From Podarcis melisellensis (Eukaryota), in the NCBI GenBank assembly GCA_964234715.1, contig OZ174276.1: a stretch of 64,000 bases of DNA; one strand, written 5' to 3'. Made by a program: the position numbers and the translations under genes. The first letter of the stretch is position 1. Every line of letters starts with the position of its first letter. The notes beneath the pieces are model-generated. The model saw nothing but the letters and a program-made list of their open reading frames with translations, had not been told where the DNA came from and made no database searches. This document shows, piece by piece, positions 51,462 to 61,567 of the stretch.

Positions 51462-52483
51462 CTAGAATACAAAAAGAGATACAATATCAGTGAAAGGAAT
51501 GAATGAATGCATGCATGGACTCCTCTAAATATCAGCCTAAATATAATTTCCAACTGACAAGAAGCTACCATGTGTTTCCTAATGTCTCTGACTGCCAAAG
51601 ACAGAAAACATAGGAAACCTATTTTCAGGTCTTACAGAGCCCATTCCTACTTTACTCTAAGTAGCCTACGCTGGAGAGGAGCTGTTTCCCCAGGATAAAC
51701 TACATCCAAGAGAGGAAAAGAGGGAACAGCATCAATATAGCCCCCCAAAAGCTCACCACCTACTGCAAGGTGGTAGGATAGAACATATTGAGCAAGGGCA
51801 AGGGGGACCTCCAACAATTTTTTGATGCCCAATATGTTTTAACCATTCGCTTTGCTGCAGAGGCAACAATATTTTTCTAAACTTCAGTATAAGAAAGTCA
51901 ACTATCTTCAAGCAGGTACAAACTCTTTATCTTGAAATTCAGATATTATTGCCTTTGAAAGAGTGCTGATGCACAGGAACACCTTAGGCGTCTAAAATAG
52001 GGCTACCATACATCTGGGATTTAAAAGGCAGAATTGACATCCAGGGGGATTTCTGAAAGGCGGCGCTTTGTTCTGGCAAGTCATTAAAAAAAGATTGCGT
52101 TGAGGACCTTGGTGAACTGAATCTCCGAGACGCTGTATTAGCAAAGCGTGGGTGGGAACTCCGTCCCCCTTTGAACCAACACATACTAAGGCGTCGTCGT
52201 GGGGCTATTATATCGCACCTTCACACGAGCCCCCCAACCCCCCCTAGTGGGTGGGAGCGCCCCCCTTCTGGTGCCTCTTCTGGGTTTTTCCTACTGCCTC
52301 TGGGTCTTTTGCCCACGGCTCTCCCCTGGTCGCAAACCAGTCCCCGCCCCCGCTACCCCCTTTTTTTTTTTCTCTTCCTAACTCTTATCTCCCCTACCCC
52401 TTTATTGTATTTGACTACCACGGAAACAAACCACGCAGAATTGTAAGAACAAGAGTGTAAGCCCCACAGGGAGAGACCTAGTA

Positions 52484-53524
52484 ATGTGGGGGAGGGACGG
52501 GAAAAGAGGAGGGGGGACTCAAGGGGATAGGAGACTATCAAAACAAGAAGAAATAAGAGACTTGGAGAGCCTTTGGGCAAGAATTAAGGAGGAATTTAAG
52601 CAAAATGAATTACATATGGAAAGTAAATTGGAAGAAATGCAGGGGATGATTGACAAAAAAATAGAAGGTGCAGTAGGAGAACTCTCAATTAAGATCCAAG
52701 AGTTATCCACCAAATCCAAAATAATTGAGGACTCTAACAAAAGAATGCAGAAAGAGATGAGGGAACAGAAAAAAGAATCAGTAAGGATGAAGGAAGATCT
52801 GAGAGAATTAAATAGAACACAAGAAAAGATTTGGGATAACTTAGCCATGACAGAACTGAGACAAAAACAACTACACCTAAAATTTAGGGGAGTGGAAGAG
52901 GAAAGGAATGAGGACATAAAAGGAAAGATGGCTAAGGAATTATCAAAGTGGCTGGGATTAAGAGAAGATGAGGTGACCCAAACTATTGAAAATGCATTTA
53001 GAATTAAAACGAGACCTCAACACTTGAAGCCAAATAAATTCCTGGGTGACTGTCTAGTGATCTTCAATTCAATGGAAATGAAAAATTTGATCCTAAAAAC
53101 AAGCTATCGAAATAAACTGAAAATCGGTGGGAGGCCCATCATTATCTATAAAGAAATACCGACAAGACTGCTACGTAAAAGAGAGGGGTTTAGGCAAGTG
53201 GTAGGGGTCTTAAAAAGAAATGACATACAGTATAGATGGGAATTCCCTGAAGGAATCACCTTTTTCTACAAAGATAAAAAGTTTAGGTTACTGGATCCTC
53301 AAGAAGCTGAGAAATTTTTGAGAAGATATGAGAAGGAATTGGGCAGGATAGAGAACAGGCCAATGGAGGTGGAGCTGGATGAGAAACAGGAGAGATGGAG
53401 GGGGAGAGGGCCGGGAAAGGAAGGAAGAGACGCTGAGGAAGAAAATGAGGAGAGTGATGCCGCGGTGGGAGAAGAGGCGGCAGGAGAGGAGGAGGTCCTA
53501 GGGAACAAGGACTCTAGATTTTAA
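52484..53524 (+). CDS. L1 ORF1p (coiled coil + RRM + CTD, acidic tail), 346 aa
   Basis: ATG start; E/K-rich coiled coil; RQKQLHLKFRGVEE resembles the L1 RRxNIRIxGxPE motif; YRWEFPEGITF resembles the YPAKL region; position upstream of ORF2. Confidence 0.92.
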   Translation: MWGRDGKRGGGTQGDRRLSKQEEIRDLESLWARIKEEFKQNELHMESKLEEMQGMIDKKIEGAVGELSIKIQELSTKSKIIEDSNKRMQKEMREQKKESVRMKEDLRELNRTQEKIWDNLAMTELRQKQLHLKFRGVEEERNEDIKGKMAKELSKWLGLREDEVTQTIENAFRIKTRPQHLKPNKFLGDCLVIFNSMEMKNLILKTSYRNKLKIGGRPIIIYKEIPTRLLRKREGFRQVVGVLKRNDIQYRWEFPEGITFFYKDKKFRLLDPQEAEKFLRRYEKELGRIENRPMEVELDEKQERWRGRGPGKEGRDAEEENEESDAAVGEEAAGEEEVLGNKDSRF

Positions 53525-53570
53525 ACTTGTAAAACTGAACTGAGTGCTTAATACACTTAAGAGTTAAACA

Positions 53571-56500
53571 ATAGCCGTTACACTGAAGCTCTTATCCTGG
53601 AATGTGAATGGGTTGAACGAAAAATTGAAAAGGAATAAAATTGAGAAAGCTTTAAAAAATAAGAACTATGATGTAATCTGTTTCCAAGAGACGCACATAG
53701 CAAAAAAACATAGACATATCCTAGTAAATAAGAAGTTAGGGGTAGAATTTGTTAACTCGGGTATAAATAAGAAAAGGGGAGTAGTGATATATGTTAAAGA
53801 AAAGTGGGACCCGGTACTAATCTGTAAAGACGATGAGGGGAGAATACTAGGAATTCAACTTAACTGTCAGGGAGAGAAACTCAACGTGGTAACGGTTTAT
53901 GCCCCCAACACAAATAAAGCTGAATTTTTTGAGAAGTTGGAACAAATACTACTAGAATTGGAAGACCATAAATTAATCTTACTTGGGGATCTCAACGGGG
54001 TCCCAGCACCGGAATGGGATAGAAATGTAAAGAAGGGTAAAGTGAATCAAGGGAAGCTGCCAAAATCCTTTAGTAATTTGGTGGAGAATTTTGATTTAAT
54101 TGATATATGGAGGCACAAAAACCCTATAACAAGGCAATTTACTCATTTCTCAGAACCCCACCAGAGCTGGGGCAGAATAGACCAGATCTGGGTCTCAAGA
54201 ACAATTTTGACAAAAGTAAGGGAATGTGAAATACAACCCAGAACCTTATCAGATCACTGCCCAATAGCTTTGGAAATAAAAAAGGAAACATCAGGTCCGT
54301 ACAGGTGGAGGATGAATGAGTACCTCTTAGAAATCGAGGAGGTGATAGATAAAGCCAAAGCCACCCTCAAGAATTATTTTGATTTAAACTGGAATAAGGG
54401 TACGTCCCCTGACGTAGTCTGGGACGCCGGTAAAGCAGTCCTAAGAGGCCTCTTGATACAACAAAATAGCCATAGGAGAAAACTGAGAAACCAAAAGAAA
54501 GAAGAGATCCTTACCCAACTAAAAGATTGTGAAAAAAAATTAGCAATAAGACCAGGAGATGATAGACTTAAACAAACCTCCAGTATGCTGCAGGCACAAT
54601 ATTCCGCACTACTAAATCAAGAGGTAGAGTGGAAAATTAAATTCATGAAGCAGAAATATTTCGAATCGGCGAACAAATCTGGGAAGTTGCTGGCATGGCA
54701 GCTAAGGAGGAGGAAAAAGCAAAACGTGATAAATAAACTTATAGTAGAGGATAAGATAGTGGAAGAAACAACCGAAATAGAAAGAAGGTTTACCCAATTT
54801 TACGGAAAGTTGTATGAGAAGGGAGAAGAGGAAGAAGTAGAAATAGAAAAATACCTGACAGAGTGTGGAGGGATCCATGTAACGGATGAGGAAAAAAAAC
54901 ACCTAAATAAAAGTATTACAGTAGAAGAGGTGAGGGAAGCCATTAAGAGAATGAAAAACGGGAAGGCACCCGGCCCCGATGGATTAACTGCTAAATATTA
55001 TAAAATATTAGGAGATCATATAGCCCCAGTGCTCAGCGAGGTTATTAACAACATCCTCCAGGGAGGAAGGATTCCAGATTCATGGAGGGAGGCACATATT
55101 ACGTTAATACCAAAAACAGAAACAGAGAAAACGGATATAAGAAACTATAGACCAATTTCCCTGCTCAACAATGATTATAAGATCTTTGCAGATATTATGG
55201 CGAGCAGGCTTAAGAAGTACTTAATGAGAGCCATCCATAAAGACCAAGTGGGTTTTTTACCGAATAGGCAGTTAAAAGATAACGTCAGACACTTAGTGAA
55301 TATTATCGAATATCTGGATATGAAGATAGATATCCCGGCAGCATTAATTTTTATTGATGCTGAGAAAGCATTCGATAATGTTTCTTGGAACTTTTTGTTA
55401 CGGTGTATAAAAACAGTAGGAATAGAGGGCCCCTTTTTAGAAGGGATAAAGGCAATATACTCAGGGCAAAGGGCAAGGCTGATTATAAATGATAGCCTCT
55501 CCAGCCCTTTTACAATAGCGAAAGGCACAAGACAAGGCTGCCCGTTATCCCCCCTTCTCTTTATTATGGTTCTAGAGATATTGGCAAATAAAATAAGGGA
55601 GTCATCAAGAATAAAGGGGATAAAAGTCGGAGAGAAAGAGTACAAGCTAAAGGCATATGCCGATGACGTGGTGCTAACTTTAGAGGAACCAATGAACAGC
55701 GTTAGTAATACTGTAAAGATCTTAGAAGAATTTGGCAAATTGGCGGGGTTTAAATTAAACAAGGGGAAAACTAAAATTCTAGTGAAGAATTTAGATGAAG
55801 TGGCAAAGATCCAGTTGGAGCAAATGATCGGCATTAAAGTAGTAAAAAAAGTTAAGTACCTGGGAATATGGATATCGCCAAAGAATATAAACTTATTAGA
55901 AGATAATTACACCAAGGTCTGGCAAGAAATTAAGAGAGATCTGGACATTTGGAATAGGCTAAAACTGTCTTGGTCAGGAAGGATGGCTGCGATCAAAATG
56001 AGTATTTTACCAAAACTACTGTTTTTATTCCAGAATATCCCTATAATAAGAGGAACATCATGTTTTAAGACCTGGCAAAAAATTCTGACGAAATTCATAT
56101 GGCAGGGGAAAAGGGCCAGAATTAAATTCAAACTGCTGACGGATGCGAGAGAGAGGGGGGGCTTCGCAGTCCCAGATTTAAGGCTCTATTACGATGCTGC
56201 CTGCCTCTGTTGGATAAAAGACTGGGCGACTTTAAAAAACCCAGACCTACTGGACCTTGAAGGCTTTGATGCCAGGTTTGGCTGGCACGCTTATTTATGG
56301 CAAGATAAAGGTAAAGCCCACAAAAGCTTCTCAAATCATATTATCAGAGGCCCTCTACTAGAAGCCTGGAACAGAAATAAAAAAGTAATTGAAAGCGGTA
56401 CGCCTTGGTGGATCTCCCCAATAGATATTATAACGCTCAAAAAAACAAACCAAGAGGGGGAGAGATGGACGTATGAGGACCTCCTAGTCAAACTGGAGGG

Positions 56501-57329
56501 TGGATGGAAAATCAGACCTTATGAGGAGTTAAAAGGAAAACTAAACAGCTGGCTTCAATATCATCAGATTAATGCGTTGTGGCTCGAGCATAAAAAAACA
56601 GGGATAAGTGAAAAAAAATCGAAATATCAGGTAGAGATATTGGAATCTAATAGCAAACTCCTCTCTAAAATGTATAAACAATTGTTAAGCTGGGAAACCA
56701 GAGATGAGGCAGTCAAGGGGGTCATGGTTAAATGGGCCAGAGATCTGGGACATAATTTGGAACAGGAGAAATGGCAGAAACTATGGAAAAAGGGTATGAA
56801 GTTCTCGGCATGTGCTACTCTCCGAGAAAATCTAGAGAAGATGATGTACCGATGGTACATCACCCCGGCAAGTCTGGGGAAGATGTATAAAACCGGTGAT
56901 AGCACATGCTGGAGATGTAAAAACAAGGTGGGGAACTTCTTTCATATGTGGTGGACCTGTGAGGTGGTGAGAGGATTCTGGGACCAAATTTATGAGGAAC
57001 TAAAGAAAATTTTAAAATACAACTTCCCTAAGATACCGGAAGCGTTTCTTTTAGGAATGGTAGGAGAAGAGATTAAAAGAGAAGATGAAAACTTCTTCCA
57101 ATACGCCACGGCGGCGGCCAGGATCGCGTTGGCGCAGAATTGGAAAACATCTAACACCCCCACAGTTAAAGAATGGCAGACGAAACTATTCCAATATATA
57201 GAACTAGCGAGGCTGACACAAAGAATTAGATCTCAAAATAATACTAAATTAAAAAATGACTGGAGTAAATTTCTGGGCTATGTTGAAGTGACTTATGGAA
57301 TGTTGAAAATCTCAGTGGATGGAATTTAA
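53571..57329 (+). CDS. L1 ORF2p (APE endonuclease + reverse transcriptase + CCHC), about 1252 aa; non-ATG (ATA) start
   Basis: LKLLSWNVNG, CFQETH, GDLN, SDH (EN); KAPGPDG, YRPISLLN, DAEKAFD, GTRQGCPLSP, YADD (RT); CWRC..HMWWTC. Open from just after TAA 53565 to 57329 with no stop or frameshift. Confidence 0.95.
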   Translation: MAVTLKLLSWNVNGLNEKLKRNKIEKALKNKNYDVICFQETHIAKKHRHILVNKKLGVEFVNSGINKKRGVVIYVKEKWDPVLICKDDEGRILGIQLNCQGEKLNVVTVYAPNTNKAEFFEKLEQILLELEDHKLILLGDLNGVPAPEWDRNVKKGKVNQGKLPKSFSNLVENFDLIDIWRHKNPITRQFTHFSEPHQSWGRIDQIWVSRTILTKVRECEIQPRTLSDHCPIALEIKKETSGPYRWRMNEYLLEIEEVIDKAKATLKNYFDLNWNKGTSPDVVWDAGKAVLRGLLIQQNSHRRKLRNQKKEEILTQLKDCEKKLAIRPGDDRLKQTSSMLQAQYSALLNQEVEWKIKFMKQKYFESANKSGKLLAWQLRRRKKQNVINKLIVEDKIVEETTEIERRFTQFYGKLYEKGEEEEVEIEKYLTECGGIHVTDEEKKHLNKSITVEEVREAIKRMKNGKAPGPDGLTAKYYKILGDHIAPVLSEVINNILQGGRIPDSWREAHITLIPKTETEKTDIRNYRPISLLNNDYKIFADIMASRLKKYLMRAIHKDQVGFLPNRQLKDNVRHLVNIIEYLDMKIDIPAALIFIDAEKAFDNVSWNFLLRCIKTVGIEGPFLEGIKAIYSGQRARLIINDSLSSPFTIAKGTRQGCPLSPLLFIMVLEILANKIRESSRIKGIKVGEKEYKLKAYADDVVLTLEEPMNSVSNTVKILEEFGKLAGFKLNKGKTKILVKNLDEVAKIQLEQMIGIKVVKKVKYLGIWISPKNINLLEDNYTKVWQEIKRDLDIWNRLKLSWSGRMAAIKMSILPKLLFLFQNIPIIRGTSCFKTWQKILTKFIWQGKRARIKFKLLTDARERGGFAVPDLRLYYDAACLCWIKDWATLKNPDLLDLEGFDARFGWHAYLWQDKGKAHKSFSNHIIRGPLLEAWNRNKKVIESGTPWWISPIDIITLKKTNQEGERWTYEDLLVKLEGGWKIRPYEELKGKLNSWLQYHQINALWLEHKKTGISEKKSKYQVEILESNSKLLSKMYKQLLSWETRDEAVKGVMVKWARDLGHNLEQEKWQKLWKKGMKFSACATLRENLEKMMYRWYITPASLGKMYKTGDSTCWRCKNKVGNFFHMWWTCEVVRGFWDQIYEELKKILKYNFPKIPEAFLLGMVGEEIKREDENFFQYATAAARIALAQNWKTSNTPTVKEWQTKLFQYIELARLTQRIRSQNNTKLKNDWSKFLGYVEVTYGMLKISVDGI

Positions 57330-59602
57330 AACCTGTAATGTTTGAACATTGGTAATGATAATGTAATCAGCGAGTAAACTATAAGGATTGTACAACCCAA
57401 ACCGGGAAGGATGGAAGTCACAGTGTACGGAACGATGTTTTATTATCCTTTTTTGGTTTTGTTTTTCTTCTTTCCTCTTTCTTTTTCTGTTTTTCTTGTG
57501 CTTTTTCTCTTTTTTATTTTTATTTTTATCTTTTTTATTTTTTTTCTGTTCTCCTTTTTTTTTTTTTCTTTCCTCTTTGCTTTTTTGATCCCCTATTGTA
57601 TGTTCTGCTGCGGTTTGTAGATGATTGTATGATTGTGTAAAAAATTTAATAAACAGAGAATTAAAAAAAAAAAAAAAAAAAAAAGATTGCGTTTCTTTGG
57701 CGTTTTTGTAGGAAAACAACTTTCAGGGGGACCTGGTTCTTACTTTTTGAAATATGGGAACCCTGTCTATAACACTTGTCAGATCCTATCCCAGCACCTT
57801 CAGATTTGCACACAAACACCCAGACTAGATCTGTACTCCAGGAGTATCATAGGGGATTGGCATTAGACATCTGACTATAGTCTGGAGCCTTCTGGTCCTG
57901 ACCACTACTGCCCATTCAGCCTTGCTCTCCAAGTGAGTAAAGTAAGGAGAAGGAGCAGTAACTTCCACAAGCTTTCTCTTGTCCCTCTGGGAAGTGGTGC
58001 AGATTAGGTTCCAGAGGAAGAGACAAGTGAATGGGCAGTGGTAAGCAGGAAGTGGCTGTCGCCAGAGATCTTGCCCAAGCCCTTCCAAAAATAAAACCTA
58101 GAACCAGGACAGCTTTCCAGCAGGACTGCTACACTTCCCTTAAACAGCTTATTAGCCTCATAGGGATGATGTGGTGGTTGCGGAATAAAGATACTGGTTT
58201 TCTTCAACCCTGCTTCCTCCCTAAATAGTTTATCTGCCTCAAGTTGTATGCGCCTCTTGATTCTGGTGTTATGAAGAGTCAAATTTAGCTATTCCCTATG
58301 TACTTCCATGTATATAAGGAAAACAGCATAGCTTTCAGTTGCACCACAGGAGATACATGGTAATTCTTAGAAAGTTGGTTTGGAGCCAGAAGAAAACCCA
58401 GCAGAGCAGTCTTAAGATTCCAGTAGGATTATGTGGATGGGGGGCGGGGGGAATAGTCAGCTAGCTTGCTCACCAGGACATGAACAGAATAAAGGCAACA
58501 TTCTCAAAGTAAGTTTCTAGTTCTCCTGTTGGCTACAAAAACAAACCAACCATAAAATGTGCTTGCAATATGTGCTGTCATTAATGTCCTTCAAGTTCAT
58601 TCACACACATGTCCACGGTGAGGAGTTTTTCTGTCATGGTATTGGTTGTCTTGACTAATCTGATAAGGCCTAGGCAATGAATCATCTACTAAAGGAAATA
58701 ATCAAGTCTCTGTCTTGCTTTGTTGTGGAAGCCTCCCCAAATAGGAAACCAGGAAACAGTAGTTCAAATTCACTAAATGATTACATTTCCTACCACCCTC
58801 TTCAATGCACTAGACACCAGGAGGTTAGTTGAAAATCAGAACAGCAGCTATCTCACTAAGAATTCAAGTACAGACTTGTCCCAGGCCTTTGCCAGATGCG
58901 ACTGGACATAACAATTTGCTGCTCATTAACTCATAGGCAGTTTCACACAGAGCTTGCCCTGTCATCACTATCCACTCCGAATCTGGAGTACTTATGAGCA
59001 TGTACTTATTGCTATAGCTCCCCTCACAGACTAGTAGGGGTATGTTGTCTGGGGGGACTCTATACTGCAAAATGATTCTGTTCCTCTTATCTAATGAAAC
59101 ATAGAAATCTGATAAATATTATATACACTGATTAATTCAATTTAATATACCACTTTTCAGTTGACTCTCACAAAGCAGTTTACGTTAAAATCTTAAAACA
59201 AGAGGCAGCAATTAAATCTATAGAATAAGCCAGCCAAGATAATCTACAAGAGGGATATTTTTTGAAAGCCACATCTCCCCTTCCCACAGGTAAAGAGGTT
59301 CTTTGAGTAGCCCTGGGGTGGCGATTAAGGGAGCGAGAGGCCACCTCAACTCCACTACTGGGAACCAGGTTGTAGGCAGCTCTCCAGGCCAGTTTGTCTT
59401 TAGTCTCTCCTCCCTTCAGGGCAAGATGGTCCTCAGAAGGCCCCATAGTGGAGGATAGTAGAGATGGAAACCACCTCACTCACTCTCAAATGTCTGTATG
59501 TGAGTGTATGTCCATGTCCAGAAGGACTGGAATTCAGTCCCAGATGGCGAAAATGGAAAGTGGAGCCTTCAGGGCTCCCAGCGGAGACTGGAGCTCATCA
59601 CA

Positions 59603-59604
<2 letters not shown>

Positions 59605-59643
<39 letters not shown>
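59605..59643. repeat. (CA)n microsatellite
   Basis: Pure ca run. Confidence 0.95.
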
Positions 59644-59644
<1 letters not shown>

Positions 59645-61567
59645 ACGTATCCTACCAAAACTGCATTCATATTAATTTGTTATCAACACTCTACAAATGA
59701 TAACCAGACCTAACTAACTGGAAGGCTACCTGATTTAAGACATCCTGGTGTGCATCAAGATATGGCTAGAACTAACAGGCCAAAGCCAGGCCAAGACATT
59801 TTGTTGCCTGAGGTGAGGGAGAAGATGGTGCTCCCCTTTTCCACATACAAAGGCTATTCAACTGGCGGCTGAAACTTACTCCAGTGCTGGTTGACAGAGA
59901 CAGCAGCAGCATCCTGAGAGCAGCAGGTTAGCTTAGGGGGCACAGGGCAGACTGAATGGCAGGACTGGGGGTGTCGTTACTGCCCCCAACAGCTCCCTCA
60001 CTCTGCCACAGAGGTGGAGAAGCTCAGGCTCAGGGACTAAATATGGCCTTCTAGAATTCACTGTCTGGTCCTCAGGACTCTCTCCATGCCACACCCTTTC
60101 TCCCTAGGCACCAACCCTCCCTGCCCCTGCCGTGCTCCTTCCTTGACTGTTTTTGCCTTGCTGGTCTGTGTCCTTGAACTCTGATAATGCCTCTTGCTTG
60201 CCTGGATAGAAAGGATAGAGAAGAGTGTGGGAGCATGTGTAGAAACTAGTCTACTGTACAAAGATAAGATTTACATGAATTGCTCCACCAACATTTTGTT
60301 CTGGACTGGTCCCACCCACTAGTGGCATGTGGCTCCTGGAAGACTGCCCAGATAGGAATGTGGCCCTCAGGCTGAAAAATATTCCATGTCTCTGCTCTAT
60401 TTAATGTTATTCCTATGCACGGAATACAGGGAACGGACTCCTGCCCACCCAGCTGGGGTCTCAGCACAAGCCAGAATAAGCCAGCTTCTAAATAGCAAGA
60501 GATGAGTCTCTACATGTCCAGCTCACTGGAGCATCTAGAACTAATGGAAACTTAAGGAATGCAAGATATTTCAACTGCTCCTGCAGTTGCCTGTTGCAAA
60601 GCTTAGCTCTGCTGGGAGCCAATCTTGGCATAGCATACCTCACAGTTCACAAACTGAGCTGCCTTTGGTTCACCAATTCTAATGCAGGGGGAAATGTTGA
60701 GGGCAGAGGGTGGGGGCACACAGTGTTACTGGCATCCATCCAGTTTTCCACTTTAGCCAGTCCCAGTGCTCCTTTGACAGGTAAATCAATGCCTGTCTGG
60801 TGTAACTTAGCAAATCCTCTGGATTTCTCAGAACTTTAGCAAAACAGTGATTTCTCTGTTGCCAATGACTTTACGAAGCACTACAAGTAACAAAAGCTTT
60901 GGCATGCACTGTTTTTGAAATGTATGAACCAGCATTTGACTAATCAGTTGCTTGAAAGAGTATTCAAACTCTTAAGTCAAAAACGTAAAACAGGAATTAA
61001 TACTAATTCTGGAAATTTGGAGGAGGTGAAGCTTGTATTGACAAGGTACCTAGATGTAAATACCAAGTGCATATTTGATGCATTTTCTTAAGGGTTAAGA
61101 AATGATTCCATGGGGAAACATTTATTTATGCTTCTGTTCATTATTCCAGGAGGCATCACCTCCAAGGAGGAATACGTGTGAAGCTTCAGGTACTGCCGAG
61201 ATCTGCACAACAGATCTAGAATCACGGTGCAGCAGATTATGGTGTTTGCCAACACAACATAACAATGCATAATAGTTCCCTTTGTCTCTTCACTCCAACA
61301 CAAGTTGACAGTTAAACATCTTTGGGGCGGGGTGGAACTTTCAGAAAGGAATGATTGACAGCTTGCTGTACTGTATCCCTGCAGCGAGCTAGGCCTTTAA
61401 AGGAAAAAAACCAAGCCAAAACAGTCCGCATGCCCTTCATGCCTCCTTCAAAAACTAGTCTAAAATTAATTGCTATAAAGGGCACTCTTAACTCAATTCC
61501 GATGTAACCTTTGCATGCCCCTAAAATTTCAACAATCTGGGTGTTGTTTTTTTAATCATTCACATAC

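Larger units (their letters stand above)
52102..57677 (+). mobile_element. Full-length L1-clade LINE in QRICH2 intron 1 (antisense to gene)
   Basis: 16-bp TSD aaaaaaagattgcgtt at 52086-52101 and 57678-57693 at a TT/AAAA site; about 380-nt 5'UTR, ORF1, 46-nt spacer, ORF2, T-rich 3'UTR, AATAAA 57648-57653, A-run 57663-57684. Confidence 0.96.
51998..57765. mobile_element. Short hAT-like MITE split by the full-length L1 (halves 51998-52101 and 57694-57765)
   Basis: Termini tagggctaccata...tatgggaaccctg; the 3' half closely resembles 8948-8999; flanks gtctaaaa/gtctataa resemble a degenerate 8-bp TSD. Confidence 0.7.

Noticed and set aside
55175-55834. 219-aa minus-strand ORF and other antisense ORFs within the L1
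   Set aside because: Antisense shadows of the A-rich L1 ORFs with no recognisable motifs.
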